From Heterodontus francisci (Eukaryota): a stretch of DNA of 64,000 bases. The notes beneath the pieces are model-generated. The model made no database searches and had not been told where the DNA came from. It worked only from the letters and a program-made list of their open reading frames with translations. Shown one piece after another: positions 62,614-64,000 of the stretch (position 1 is its first letter; every line of letters starts with the position of its first letter). Position numbers and translations under genes: made by a program. The DNA lies in contig NC_090396.1 in the NCBI RefSeq assembly GCF_036365525.1, forward strand, positions 22,234,283 to 22,298,282. The letters are read 5' to 3'.

Positions 62614-64000
62614 CCCTAGCTTGCACACTGACGGTAGGGGTTTTTTTTTCCTGGTCAATTTCCAATGAGTGTCTTTGGGTTCTTATTGCTCCTGATGCTT
62701 TCCCCCCTCTTGTGACATGTTGGTGCTGAATTAGTCCATTGCTTTATTCAGAAAAAGTTACACATATATTGGCAAAGAGTCTGTCCAGTTACTCTGGTGC
62801 TATTTTGCATCTAATGCACTGTTGCTAAATTGGAGATTGAAATATTAGTAAGAATATTGGGGACAAAAATGAGTTACTGTGCGCTGCTGTCCGCTCTTCA
62901 ATTGATGAGACTCGAGTTTACTTGCTCTCACTGGATGGTGTGGGCATGGAAATTGTTGAGTTTCCATATGCTTTAGGGTGGTGGAGGAAAGAAATGGTAT
63001 GTAGAACAGACCAAGTTACATCACCAGTCTGCGTACCGCTGCACGCAAGGCAAAAGTGCTTAAGGATTGCCAATTTTTCCCCTCAAAATCTGTGTCGTTC
63101 TAGGACTTGCTTATAATCAACCGGTATTGCCACCTGTGTAACGGTGTTATTGCCCATTATGGGGGCAAGAAAATGATCCCCAGTGGATCATATCCGGAAA
63201 ATCTTACAGGTTTTCTGATTTGAATCATTGGACTTTTGCTCAGCGCCGATGGCAGGCTGTTGGGCTAGTTGTATCCAAGACTCAGAACCTCTTCAAAAGG
63301 ATCTAAACAGATCAGATAACAGTTGGGCAGTAGTAGAGACATTCTCCATTCATTATGTGCATACTGTACTTCTATAAAGGTGTATACTTTCCTAAATGTC
63401 AGTGCGTGTACAGAGAGGTTCGTGTGCTTAGTTGATAGATCTGAGCGCAGCTGGTGTATCGAAATGTACAGGAGTATTTCTATGTCGGCATGTACACCAA
63501 TATTTGTGTATGTGTGTTATTTATGTACAGGACAGTTTGTTTATGTGTGTGTGTGAGAGAGAGAGGTTGTAATTATATCCAGGAGTATTTGTATACTTGT
63601 GTACAGGTTTGTGTATGCAATATATAGAGGAGAGGTTGATGTCTCATGACAAAAGTGGGAGCAGTAAAATGCTGAACGCCATCAGCATAAAGAACTCTCC
63701 AGTGGAACCTCTCCAACTAGCTACAAGAAACCAGCATCTTATATACATTCTATATGTACATTCATGTCTTGTTTATATATGTACATTAATGCTATTGTCT
63801 ATATAACCAATAATCAAGGATCAAGGTGGTCCCAAACAGAGATTGTGGACTGACTGGTCCTGAACCACGGGTGTGGACACACTAGGTGAGATTTTAACTC
63901 ATTCATAACCCACCCTCTTACACAGAGTTAAAATCAGGCCCATTGTTAAATTGTCTTCTCACATTACCTTGCACATGTTGACTATGGTCTCTGCCACTTC

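Noticed and set aside
62246-62668. 140-aa ORF as a complete protein
   Set aside because: It starts at TTG upstream of the real ATG (62297) and reads through the U12 donor into the intron.

Overview
Vertebrate genomic DNA, most likely from a cartilaginous fish (inferred from the CR1/HER1-like LINEs, Deu-domain/SacSINE1-like SINEs and Penelope-type repeats). About 60 kb of nested, mostly decayed transposable elements lies upstream of one host gene. That gene is seen as the first coding exon of a T-type (Cav3) calcium channel alpha-1 subunit, best matching CACNA1G (62297-62604, +). The exon ends at a U12-type AT-AC donor and is preceded by a CpG-rich promoter with 15 CCAAT boxes. The TE region contains a Copia relic with its 3' LTR, two Gypsy proviruses (one with both LTRs and a 5-bp TSD), a nearly full-length CR1 with an esterase ORF1, a young RTE insertion, four PIF/Harbinger relics with related MITEs, Penelope-like fragments carrying minimal hammerhead ribozyme motifs (twice as inverted pairs), and many LINE tails and SINEs. 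I found no convincing wholly new system; the strongest leads are the hammerhead cassettes, the CCAAT cluster and the minor intron. Boundaries of decayed repeats are approximate, family names come from recognition rather than database searches, and most short ORFs in the track are TE fragments or spurious.
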